From positions 228,887 through 292,886 of the forward strand of contig JACPKM010000004.1 in the NCBI GenBank assembly GCA_016187025.1: 64,000 nucleotides of DNA. The letters are read 5' to 3'. Numbering within the stretch: the stretch's first letter is position 1; every line of letters begins with the position of its first letter. A program made the translations under genes and the position numbers. This document shows, one piece after another, positions 27,780-36,796 of the stretch. The DNA comes from Candidatus Daviesbacteria bacterium (lineage in GTDB: Bacteria; Patescibacteriota; Microgenomatia; Daviesbacterales; UBA10151). The notes under the pieces were generated by a model. That model was not told where the DNA came from, searched no databases, and worked only from the letters and a program-made list of their open reading frames with translations.

Positions 27780-30700
27780 CTATTTGAGTTGATTATAGGC
27801 GTTAGATAAATCTATTAACATTTGATCAGTAGTTTGGTATCTATTTCTTGGTTCTGGATCAAGCCCCTTAATAAATATTCTTTTAATACTATCAGGTATG
27901 TTTGCTGGAATTTCAAATCTTCCATTCGTATGGGCTTCATATTCTCTTTCTAGTAATCTTTGCGTTGATTCACCTTTAAATCTTGGAACATTAAATGGGA
28001 AATTACCAGTCATTAACTTATATAGCAATACTGTTAATTCATAGGTATCGCAGCTTAAAGTAACATTAGGGTTTTCTCTAAAAAGTTCTGGAGGTCTAAT
28101 ATGTCTATTTCCTCCTACAAACCCTCTCCTAAATTTCCCCCCGGTACCTTTAATGCTACCTGCATCAAAGTCGATTATTTTTATACCTTGCTCGCCCAGT
28201 AGGATATTAGAAAGTGCAATATCAAGATGTACAATACCTGCATTATGAAGCTCTCTTATAGTTTCTGCAATTTTTATAGTAGTAGCAATTGCTTGCTGGG
28301 GTGGTAAAGACCTATTTGTCGCAAAGTAATGCTCTAAATCAGTATTTTGAAGTGGATAAATTTTAATGATTTCGTCACCGTTATCAATTTCATCTATAAA
28401 AGTACCAAATGTAGGGCTTGTTGTTTGTGCCTTGATTATTGTTTCTAGATCTTTTACTCCATCTGGATAACGATTTGCTTTTGCAATGTATTCTCTTTCA
28501 CTCTTTTTTACCCTTTTAAACGACAAAATCTGTCCAGTTGTTTTATTGTATCCTGCAACAATTTGTCCCATTTGACCTGATCCTAAAGGTTTATCTAAAC
28601 AAACCACATAATCACCAAATTCTTGAATTTGCGTGCTCTCCTTTAGCTTTTCTAGATCATACTTTGGAGCAGTTGTTGTAGGTATAACTACTGGGTTTTC
28701 CTTATTAAACTGATCCAAAGCGTTATCCGCTTCTGCTTTTTCTGCTAACTCACGTTCTTTTCTTGTGATATCCAAGTTTTCTAGTTCTTTTTGGAATTCA
28801 TCCTCAAGTCTGGTAAGCTCAGCCAAAGTTTCTGGAGTTCCTTTACCTGCTTTTATATCTCTGAGTAATACTCCAATCTTTTGATAGTGTTTTAATCCTC
28901 TAACTAAAACATCCATATTTATTATAACCACATTACCATTTACTACTTTGTACTGGATTCCCGACCATCGTAGTGCACGTTGGTAATATTCAGAGTCCTT
29001 GCCAAGTCTTTCGCCATGTTCGTAAATATCAAGTGTTTTATTAATAACTGTCTCCAATCCTTCTTTGAATTTAGCAAGTTGAGCGGGATCATCGTAATTA
29101 ATATTTTCTCCTTCCCCAAGTTGCATTCTTCTGATTTCATCATCGAAGGCACTGAATTCTTTTTGCCATTGATCTAAAGGAACAATTCCATCCTTGATTG
29201 CGGCTATGGCTCGTCTGGCTGATGTGTATAGCCTGGATACTCTTGTTCCCGCGAAGGTAACTCTTTTATGGTCCTGTCGACCTTCAATAATTCCCCAGCC
29301 AATCGCAATATCTTCCCCGCCTTCAGAACCTGGTAAATAACCACCAATAGCAGCATAAATACTTCCACGAAACGCAAAGTTTGCTCCACTTGAAGGCATT
29401 CGCCCGCTGCGGTGGCGACCAATTACGGCTAAATTCTGAAACAAACGCGTACCAATATGTAATAGTGGATATTTAATATAAGCTTCCGGATCCCAATCGA
29501 GTTGACCCAGCATTCCATCTACTTGCGGGTTTTGTTCAAACTTCTGAATGAAGTTACTTAAATATGTTGGAGCAATACCTTTGTTATCTGCATCGTTACT
29601 TATTAAGATTATATCTTCTGCTTTAGGACCTCTCTGATATTGCCTAAAAAGTGCAATATCATTTAAATACTTTCTGATAGTGCCAATGTTTGCCTGCTTT
29701 ATAGGGAGCGCTTTAACTACCACTCTAATAGGCACATCAGGATGATCTTTTCTAAATCGTTCTATTTCTGATAAGGTGTTATCGGGTTTGACTGGTTCTC
29801 CTTGTTTATCAGTTTGTGGGTAATTTACAAAAAGCAAGATCTCATATTGGTCCTTAGAAGCATCCTGAGGTAGATAATTTGCCAAAGAGTTATAAATATT
29901 TCCTCCTTCTTGATGTCCTGCTACCGGAATACAAACTATAGCCTTTAAGTTCACCGAAGGTTCTTCTTTAATCTGTCCTGTTAACTGTTTTATTTCTTGA
30001 TAATATGCTGGATTCTGCTTTTCAAAATACATCTGTGCTTCTTGGTATGAATTTAGTTTTGCATTGGGGTTTTGCTTTAATGTTTTAGATCTATTTTTTG
30101 CTAAGATTTTCAAAATTTCCTCTCTTGGCCTGCCTCCATAAAGAGAGCCAGGAGGTATAAGTCTTTCTTCAAATGGTAGAGGGTGATATGGGGCAAAAGG
30201 GGTTGCCCAGAGCTTATCTGCAGGTATTTCTGCTGGTAAAGGTGGGATATATTTAATTGCTTCAGGCGGGGTAAGCTTAAACCCTTCGTGAGGCGGTCTG
30301 GGCTCAGGAATAGGAATTGCCTCCCCCGGAATAGTAGTTGGAATCTTTTGAACTTCCCCCGGACCAACTGTTGTTGAAAGTATAGTTCTTACCATGGATC
30401 CATCCGGCCTTTTTTCAACATGCGCAACCTCAATAAATTCTACATTCTGAAAGTTTCCCCATTTGTTCCTAATGGGATTTCCATTTTGATCCAGATTAAA
30501 TAAAGCTTTTGTTAAAGGAGAGTTAGCATCTAAATTAAGTTTTCCCTGCATAAGCTCCGGATGGGTTTGGGCATTAATTACCACTACTTGTCTTGCCTCA
30601 TCAGCTGCATGATCAGGAGTAATTAAAATCTCAAAATTTCGATAACCATTTTGAGAAATATCTTTTGCAAGCCTGCCGTATTGTGAATCAATGGAAAAAT

Positions 30701-33700
30701 CCCAGTTTACCCCTCTTTTTCCATCAGGCAGAAGCTGTGATCTCATCTGGGAAAAGTCCAGCTCAACTTGTCCATCTTTTACCCTGTGATGAAATTGCAG
30801 TTCTTTGCCGTCTATTCCAATTATATTGCCAGTATCCTTACTGCCTGCTGGTCTGCCGTCAGCAAATCTTCTTATGGTGTCGTTATCATGCCAAAGATCA
30901 CGTCTGGCCCGGTCTACCTCCCCAATTTCTTTATGTTCTCTTATAAAACCAAAAAAATCTTTATCAACAATCTTATCGGGACTTTTCTCATATCTTATTC
31001 CAGGAGGTGTTTCAAATTGCTTAGACTCAATTGCCCATCCTTCTGTTTTGAGCCTGGATTGGACACTGTCCCAGTTAACATTTGCATTAGCCGGATCCTG
31101 CGGGTCAAAAGACAAAGCTCCTTCCTGGTCAAAATGGCCCACAATCCAAGCATTATCAGGGCTTTTTATATCAGGGTTACCCAGAAAAATAGAAACAGAG
31201 CCACGGTCTTTGTTCAAATCCACAATTGAGCTTCCGTGGATAAAAGTTAAGTCCTGCTCCGGTGAGCTGGCAAAATTCTTAATCTTTTGATGAATATTAA
31301 AATCAGGGTTATCATAGATTTCTCTTGTCCATCCTGTATCAGTTACTAAATTTTTAATTTTTGGATCAAGGCTGGCTTCAGCTCCTGAAATAACCAGTGA
31401 GCCTTCTGAGGTAACCCTCACCGGAGGACCGGCAATTGTCTGCCCGGTAGCCCTGTCTATAAAATGTGCATTGTGCCCATTATCCGCTCCATAGTTTGTT
31501 GCTAAAGTCAGATCATTGTTAAGGTCGTAATTTTTAGGATTATCAAAAGTTTGTTTGAAAGTATCCCTTGCTAATCCAGGTGCTCTTGTAGGTGTCCACC
31601 TGGTTTCAAAAAAGCCCCTTCCATCCATCATGTTTTGAACACCCCTGACAGCCAGTCCTCCTGCAAATCCTAAGGTAGATGCAAAAATTGTTGCTCCAGC
31701 TGCCTGGCGGACTCTGTAGTTTCTTGCTGCTCCATTTTTTGCTCTTTTGTCATCACTGATTTCCTGGTCAACAACATCAAATTGCTCTGACAGTAAAGTA
31801 TTAAGTTGTGCCGCATCTGTAATCTGGGACCTTAACTTTTGCTCAAGCCTTGCTGCAGCATCAACCAACTGAGCAACTTCCTGATCTGCTAAAACATAAT
31901 TTTTACCGTAAGTTATATACTCACTTTTTTCTCTTCTTCCTCTAATAAGTCTTACTCTAATTTCCTGCATTCTTCTTGCTACTTCTTGCTGGTTGGTCGT
32001 GTTGGATAAATCCAATGTGAGTAATTGATCAACTCCCGCTTGGAGATGATTTTGACCTCCGCCATCAAGCAGTTGCTTTGCAGAAAAGGTTTGGTAGCGG
32101 GATCTTTCCATATCCCGCCTTCTTTCTGTACCACGCAGTCTTCCCCATAGCCCTCCATTTGCCTGCATATCAGGTACTGTTCCACCTAAAGCAACCTCTG
32201 CTGCATGCATTTTTTGCTGATGTGCGACCTCTCCTAGTCTTCTTAACCCTACAACTCCTCCTCCTGCAACCGCACCAAGAATTAATCCTCCTAATGGTCC
32301 TGCTAAAGCTGTGCCTCCAACTACAGCGCCTATCCTCACCCCGCCATTTGCAGCTTTTAGCAGCCCATCTGCCCCCAGCGAAACCGCTGCTCCCACAAAC
32401 AGAGGGTTTAGAATTGTTCCTGCCAGCAGACTGTCGCCGCCCTTTACTAAACTTTCAGCCCGTCTTCTTCTTGCCCAGGCAACAGTTTTATCTGTGGCTG
32501 TGAGGTTTTCGGTATTACCGGCAAATCTTGCATTTGCAAGCCTTATGGTGACATAAGCATCAATTTGGTCAGCTCCTTCCTGGTGTTTTGCCAGATTATC
32601 TTTGAGCTTTAGCCCCATTTCCAAAAGATCTGTTGCAAAATAATCAGCAATCTGCCCAAAACTTTCAGCTTGATTACCAAATAGTTGCCTGATTAAAGGA
32701 TTATCCATATTGTTTTGGACAAACTGAGTTAACTGCCTTCTAACATCTTCTTTTCTTTGTCTAATTTCAGCTTCATTTTGAGGAACATTACCAGTAACAA
32801 TAGGGGTAAGGATGTCTTTAATAATTTTGCCTCTTAAGTCATTTTGTTCAGGAGTGTTTTTATCTAGTGTAATAATTTGCTCTCCATTTAGAGTTTGATT
32901 TGCTTTTAATCTGCCCAACACTGCTTGCTGTTGCGCATCGGTACTGTGTCTTAGATCATTTAGTCTTTGTGCAGCTTCTTGAGAGAGGCCTCTCACTGGA
33001 GAGCCATCAAAAAATGATTTTCTCATCTTTTCGTACATTAGATTAACCGCTCCACCTCTGCCGAGTCTTACTCCTATCATTGAGGGAATTCTCCAAATAT
33101 CCCTCCAGCCTTTAAACTTCAAAAACTTTTCTACCTCTTTTTGTGCGTCCAGGTGCAAAACTTTTTCAATAACGTCTGTATTTCTGGTAATATTTATTTC
33201 AACCTCTCTTTGTTCTGGCTGAGAAGATGGAGATGGTTCTACTCCTGGTCTTCCTGGGGTGTCAACAGGTGCAGGAGCTGCAGCAGGTGCGCCGCCTGGA
33301 GCAGAAGCTGCAGGAGCTGGGGAGGGGGCAGCAGGCTGTTTGACAGGTTGCAGAGTATCTGGATCAACCAGCTCCCTTCTTGCCTCCAATGCAGGCTTGG
33401 CAACCTCAAGCCAGTCTTTATCTGGTTCTCCTCTTTTTCTGGAATCCTGATATGCAAAATACGCCTCTTGTTGTAAACGGGCTTTAAATTGTGGACTTGA
33501 TTCATCGTGAGCATCAGGATGCACCTCTTTATAAGCCTTACTGCTTGCTTTTAAAACTTTAATTGCATTTTGAATTTTCTTCCTCTCATTTTTATTAGTT
33601 GTAAAAAGAGCTTCCTCGTTTAACAGTTCAAGAAGCCCGTCAATCGGAACACCCTCACTTTGGCTGAAAGCTTGCCCTGTTTGGGGATCTGTAAAGTTGT

Positions 33701-34010
33701 TTGTAAAACTAAACCCGCCCTTTGCGATATCAGCTTTATTTTTAGGATCAGGTTGATTGCTGCTATCCGGGTGGGGTGCAAAAGCGCCTTGGATAGCTTC
33801 ATAAGCATGTCTTGCCTTGTTTATCTTACCTGTTTGATTGGGGTCTGCAAGCAAACTTGGGTTATTTAAAAGCCCCTCAATTTTTGTTAGTCCAAAACGT
33901 AGAGCATTTTTGACTTGTTGCCGGCTAGGAATTTCCGGGGTGTTAATTTTACCAGGATGACTTTCTATATCTTGAACTGAGACAGGGTTTTCTGTTGGTT
34001 GGCCGTTCAT
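27780..34010 (-). CDS. Giant (2076 aa) multidomain protein: Pro/Ala-rich linker, glycine-zipper hydrophobic segments, GT-A-like domain, C-terminal Ser/Thr protein kinase-like domain
   Basis: Pro/Ala-rich aa ~221-267 (nt ~33210-33350, locally GC-rich). Gly-rich hydrophobic aa ~528-589 and ~769-790 (GAAVSLGADGLL...GAVAGGGVVGL). GT-A-like aa ~1355-1580 (AIVCIPVAGHQEGGNI; ILISNDADN DxD). Pro-rich linker aa ~1222-1290. Kinase aa ~1795-2076: LGSGQMGQIV G-loop, LSFKRVKK, HNAGIVHLDIALSNILL catalytic loop, IIDFDAG (DFG-like). Confidence 0.7.
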   Translation of the reverse strand: MNGQPTENPVSVQDIESHPGKINTPEIPSRQQVKNALRFGLTKIEGLLNNPSLLADPNQTGKINKARHAYEAIQGAFAPHPDSSNQPDPKNKADIAKGGFSFTNNFTDPQTGQAFSQSEGVPIDGLLELLNEEALFTTNKNERKKIQNAIKVLKASSKAYKEVHPDAHDESSPQFKARLQQEAYFAYQDSRKRGEPDKDWLEVAKPALEARRELVDPDTLQPVKQPAAPSPAPAASAPGGAPAAAPAPVDTPGRPGVEPSPSSQPEQREVEINITRNTDVIEKVLHLDAQKEVEKFLKFKGWRDIWRIPSMIGVRLGRGGAVNLMYEKMRKSFFDGSPVRGLSQEAAQRLNDLRHSTDAQQQAVLGRLKANQTLNGEQIITLDKNTPEQNDLRGKIIKDILTPIVTGNVPQNEAEIRQRKEDVRRQLTQFVQNNMDNPLIRQLFGNQAESFGQIADYFATDLLEMGLKLKDNLAKHQEGADQIDAYVTIRLANARFAGNTENLTATDKTVAWARRRRAESLVKGGDSLLAGTILNPLFVGAAVSLGADGLLKAANGGVRIGAVVGGTALAGPLGGLILGAVAGGGVVGLRRLGEVAHQQKMHAAEVALGGTVPDMQANGGLWGRLRGTERRRDMERSRYQTFSAKQLLDGGGQNHLQAGVDQLLTLDLSNTTNQQEVARRMQEIRVRLIRGRREKSEYITYGKNYVLADQEVAQLVDAAARLEQKLRSQITDAAQLNTLLSEQFDVVDQEISDDKRAKNGAARNYRVRQAAGATIFASTLGFAGGLAVRGVQNMMDGRGFFETRWTPTRAPGLARDTFKQTFDNPKNYDLNNDLTLATNYGADNGHNAHFIDRATGQTIAGPPVRVTSEGSLVISGAEASLDPKIKNLVTDTGWTREIYDNPDFNIHQKIKNFASSPEQDLTFIHGSSIVDLNKDRGSVSIFLGNPDIKSPDNAWIVGHFDQEGALSFDPQDPANANVNWDSVQSRLKTEGWAIESKQFETPPGIRYEKSPDKIVDKDFFGFIREHKEIGEVDRARRDLWHDNDTIRRFADGRPAGSKDTGNIIGIDGKELQFHHRVKDGQVELDFSQMRSQLLPDGKRGVNWDFSIDSQYGRLAKDISQNGYRNFEILITPDHAADEARQVVVINAQTHPELMQGKLNLDANSPLTKALFNLDQNGNPIRNKWGNFQNVEFIEVAHVEKRPDGSMVRTILSTTVGPGEVQKIPTTIPGEAIPIPEPRPPHEGFKLTPPEAIKYIPPLPAEIPADKLWATPFAPYHPLPFEERLIPPGSLYGGRPREEILKILAKNRSKTLKQNPNAKLNSYQEAQMYFEKQNPAYYQEIKQLTGQIKEEPSVNLKAIVCIPVAGHQEGGNIYNSLANYLPQDASKDQYEILLFVNYPQTDKQGEPVKPDNTLSEIERFRKDHPDVPIRVVVKALPIKQANIGTIRKYLNDIALFRQYQRGPKAEDIILISNDADNKGIAPTYLSNFIQKFEQNPQVDGMLGQLDWDPEAYIKYPLLHIGTRLFQNLAVIGRHRSGRMPSSGANFAFRGSIYAAIGGYLPGSEGGEDIAIGWGIIEGRQDHKRVTFAGTRVSRLYTSARRAIAAIKDGIVPLDQWQKEFSAFDDEIRRMQLGEGENINYDDPAQLAKFKEGLETVINKTLDIYEHGERLGKDSEYYQRALRWSGIQYKVVNGNVVIINMDVLVRGLKHYQKIGVLLRDIKAGKGTPETLAELTRLEDEFQKELENLDITRKERELAEKAEADNALDQFNKENPVVIPTTTAPKYDLEKLKESTQIQEFGDYVVCLDKPLGSGQMGQIVAGYNKTTGQILSFKRVKKSEREYIAKANRYPDGVKDLETIIKAQTTSPTFGTFIDEIDNGDEIIKIYPLQNTDLEHYFATNRSLPPQQAIATTIKIAETIRELHNAGIVHLDIALSNILLGEQGIKIIDFDAGSIKGTGGKFRRGFVGGNRHIRPPELFRENPNVTLSCDTYELTVLLYKLMTGNFPFNVPRFKGESTQRLLEREYEAHTNGRFEIPANIPDSIKRIFIKGLDPEPRNRYQTTDQMLIDLSNAYNQLK

Positions 34011-34012
34011 TA

Positions 34013-34351
34013 CTAGTTTGTAACTGGTGTAGAAATAACTGTATTCCCAAGATATAAATCCCTAAAATCCAACATAGCTTTGGCAAACACATCCTCTGAG
34101 TTGGGAATTTTTTCTTTTAAGAATTGTTGAATTTCTTGTTGTGGCCTTTTTTGGTCCACCATTTGGCTGAATTGGTCTAAATGTTCAGGGGGCAAATTAT
34201 CCAAAATAGTTGTAGACAGGAAATTATCAAGTCTGACATATAAATCATCGATTAGCTGCTTGTGCATATTCCCGTCTGCAGCAGTGATACCTGCCTCTGT
34301 TAATAGATTGTCTAAATAGCCCCTAACTTCTGGTGGAATTTGGTTATCCAA
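34013..34351 (-). CDS. Small acidic protein translationally coupled to the giant gene (candidate chaperone/adaptor)
   Basis: 112 aa, acidic, helical-looking. Its TAG stop is separated by 2 nt from the giant gene ATG (TAG-ta-ATG). 250-bp AT-rich putative promoter region upstream. Confidence 0.5.
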   Translation of the reverse strand: MDNQIPPEVRGYLDNLLTEAGITAADGNMHKQLIDDLYVRLDNFLSTTILDNLPPEHLDQFSQMVDQKRPQQEIQQFLKEKIPNSEDVFAKAMLDFRDLYLGNTVISTPVTN

Positions 34352-34602
34352 AAAACTTCACCTCCTTATTCATACTTAATTCCAGTATTTCACTAATAAT
34401 AATATGTTGTCAACAGGAAACCCGCTATTTATACTTAAAACACATGTTATTTGTTTTTGTGTTTTTACTTGAGTTGTTTTTGTTGTATTTCTTATCTAAA
34501 AATTTGATAAAAGAGTTATCCGTAATTCTTCTAAAAATAAGCAAGTATAACCATTCATTTACTGTTAATATTTTGGCTGTAGTTTTTTTGCCTGGGACAA
34601 TA

Positions 34603-35139
34603 ATGCATGAGCTTGCTCATCTTTTAATAGCCGGAGTTTTGATGGTCCCTGTTGGCGAGTTAGAAGTGATCCCTGAGATAACAGATAAAGGAGTCAAACT
34701 GGGAAGTGTCCAAGTTGGCCAAACAGACCCTTTTAGAAGAATTTTAATAGGAGTTGCTCCGGTTTTAGTAGGGATTGCCACCATTACCTTTATAATTTTT
34801 TTCAACCTTGATACTTTAAAAAATTTATCTTCCTGGTTGATTATCTCTTCGGTTGTTTATGGACTCTTTGAGGTTTCTAACACTATGTTTTCCAGTAAAA
34901 AAGATATAGAGGGGGCTTTAGTGTTTCTTGGTGCTTTGGTAGTTGTTGGAGTAATACTGTTTGGGGCATTTTTATTCACAGGACAATCAATTCCTAACAG
35001 TTGGCTAAAACTTGTTGATTTTTCCTCTGTTTATATCTTTTTTAAAATGGTTAGTTTATATATGCTCCTGCCTTTGATAATTGATTTGTGCTTTTTTGCA
35101 GTTTTTAAACTGGTTAACCTAGCCTTAAATCGAGGTTAA
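34603..35139 (+). CDS. Membrane protein with N-terminal HExxH (putative zincin-like, DUF3267-like)
   Basis: MHELAHLLIAG at N-terminus followed by 4-5 TM helices. Start chosen at ATG 34603 because upstream part of the listed ORF runs through AT-rich intergenic-looking DNA. Confidence 0.4.
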   Translation: MHELAHLLIAGVLMVPVGELEVIPEITDKGVKLGSVQVGQTDPFRRILIGVAPVLVGIATITFIIFFNLDTLKNLSSWLIISSVVYGLFEVSNTMFSSKKDIEGALVFLGALVVVGVILFGAFLFTGQSIPNSWLKLVDFSSVYIFFKMVSLYMLLPLIIDLCFFAVFKLVNLALNRG

Positions 35140-35336
35140 AAGTGGCAGTAGTGAAAACAGCAGGATTGATATCCCTGCAATTACTGACAAAACAATCCAA
35201 AAAATTCTAAACTTTTTTGAATACATCATACTTTTATATTCCGGGCATAGAGAGTATTTCAAGCTCTGCTTATATTATAATATTTGCTTTTTAAAAAGAA
35301 AAGATATATAAATTAATTTTAGAAGGAAGTCAAAAG

Positions 35337-35636
35337 ATGAGTACTATAGAAGCAGATGCACCAATTGCGTACAGGCCAGAAAGCCTGTTTTCAACTATGC
35401 CTGTTGATACTTATAGAGGTGCCAGGAGATTTTGGCGGACCGTAATAGATTGGACCGTAGTAGGTGCAGGAGCCTTTCTTGGGTCTGCTTTAGCCATGCA
35501 TACAGGATTAGTAGATCCTGGACTTGTGCTTCATGAAGCTGTGTTATATCAAGGTGCAATTGGCGGTGGGGTAATGGTGGGTTTTGTTACAGCTTCACTT
35601 CAAGCCAATCCAATGGAGATGATAGCAAGGTCCTAG
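35337..35636 (+). CDS. Small hypothetical membrane-associated protein
   Basis: 99-aa ORF with Gly/Ala-rich hydrophobic segments. No motif recognised. Confidence 0.3.
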   Translation: MSTIEADAPIAYRPESLFSTMPVDTYRGARRFWRTVIDWTVVGAGAFLGSALAMHTGLVDPGLVLHEAVLYQGAIGGGVMVGFVTASLQANPMEMIARS

Positions 35637-36736
35637 ATTTTTGCTGTAAGGAGTTCTATTTCCTCTAAGGCAGATTTTTTGACAGGGTCTTCAAAATATT
35701 TTCTTGCAGGTTCTAATTTTTCGATTAGCCACTCTGCCACAGCCACCTTCAGATCCTGGGGGTGGAGTTTTTTTTCTGCATAGTCTTTTTCTAAATCCTT
35801 ATAAGAGGTGTAAGTTAAATTCCCTCCCCACTTTTCAGGGCGTTTAATTGTTAGGCTGGAATTTTCATAGTAAAAAATTAAATGTTTTGTCCAGTCTAAG
35901 ATAGGGTTAAATTCCACTTCCCCTTCCGGTGCATAAGCATTATTAACCTTTCTTTTGATCTCTTCTGGTGAGTCCGTAATAAAAACAGCAGTATCCGGTT
36001 TGGATTTGCTCATTTTGGTTGCTTCCAAATCCAAAACTTTTTTTCCAGTTTCATCGGTGGTGAAAGTTGGTGTTAAAAGCCCTTGTAAAAGGTGATGATG
36101 TATGGCAACAGGTTTTTTCTCCCCTAAGCTTGGTGCTGCCTCCCTTGCCACAACATGAACGTTTCTTTGGTCAGTTCCGGCATGAGCAATATTGATCCCT
36201 AAAGCAAATATATCAGCAGACTGCATGGCTGGATAAATTAACATGGCAGTGTCGGATATTTCAGATTCTTTTCTGCCCATAATAGTGGTGGATCTAATCA
36301 TCCTGGAAACGGTGGTAGCTTTGGCTACTTTAATTACCAAAGCCCAATATTTTGAACCCATTTTTTCGTAAAACTCACTCCCTAAAATAAAGTTGATTTT
36401 GCCCGGATCTGCACCGGCGACAGTTGCACATGCCCTTAATGCTTGCTCAAAATAATCGCGCCCTAGCCTTTTGGCAGTCTCCAGTGTGCCATCTAGTTTT
36501 TTATTCAACCAGGTATGCCAATCAGCTAACAGGACATTTGTTTCCACCTCCGCATCTTGCAAGTCTTTGAATTTCATCATCATAAAGACCCACCCTACAT
36601 GTGCCTTCCCAGAAATTTCTAAGCCGATGTAATGTTTTAAAGGTGTGCCTGAATCTATTAAGGCTTTTAGTTCTTCTGAAGTTAGAACCTCTTCTAAATT
36701 TCTTGTAATTAAATTGTATTTTTCCTCTGATGTCAT
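35633..36736 (-). CDS. tyrS: Tyrosyl-tRNA synthetase, archaeal/eukaryal type
   Basis: Class I aaRS with KMSKS. C-terminal block LTIKRPEKWGGNLTYTSYKDLEKDYAEKKLHPQDLKVAVAEWLIEKLEPARKYF is near-colinear with M. jannaschii TyrRS (LTIKRPEKFGGDLTVNSYEELESLFKNKELHPMDLKNAVAEELIKILEPIRKRL). HIGH region reads GLEISGKAHVGW. Confidence 0.85.
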   Translation of the reverse strand: MTSEEKYNLITRNLEEVLTSEELKALIDSGTPLKHYIGLEISGKAHVGWVFMMMKFKDLQDAEVETNVLLADWHTWLNKKLDGTLETAKRLGRDYFEQALRACATVAGADPGKINFILGSEFYEKMGSKYWALVIKVAKATTVSRMIRSTTIMGRKESEISDTAMLIYPAMQSADIFALGINIAHAGTDQRNVHVVAREAAPSLGEKKPVAIHHHLLQGLLTPTFTTDETGKKVLDLEATKMSKSKPDTAVFITDSPEEIKRKVNNAYAPEGEVEFNPILDWTKHLIFYYENSSLTIKRPEKWGGNLTYTSYKDLEKDYAEKKLHPQDLKVAVAEWLIEKLEPARKYFEDPVKKSALEEIELLTAKI

Positions 36737-36796
36737 AGCTGTATATTACTTTTTTATGCAAAACAAAACAAGAATCTATTATGATATTATTGGCCA

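Noticed and set aside
28943-33869. Plus-strand ORFs inside the giant minus-strand gene (e.g. 30768..31229, 30805..31290, 32078..32503, 33141..33476, 33259..33450)
   Set aside because: Antisense to a continuous 6.2-kb ORF. The Ala/Gly-rich 33259..33450 ORF is simply the complement of the Pro/Ala-rich linker.
36737-36796. Possible T-box leaders upstream of tyrS, pheS, thrS
   Set aside because: Intergenic regions are only ~50-100 nt, too short for a T-box riboswitch (~250 nt). No specifier/antiterminator sequences seen.
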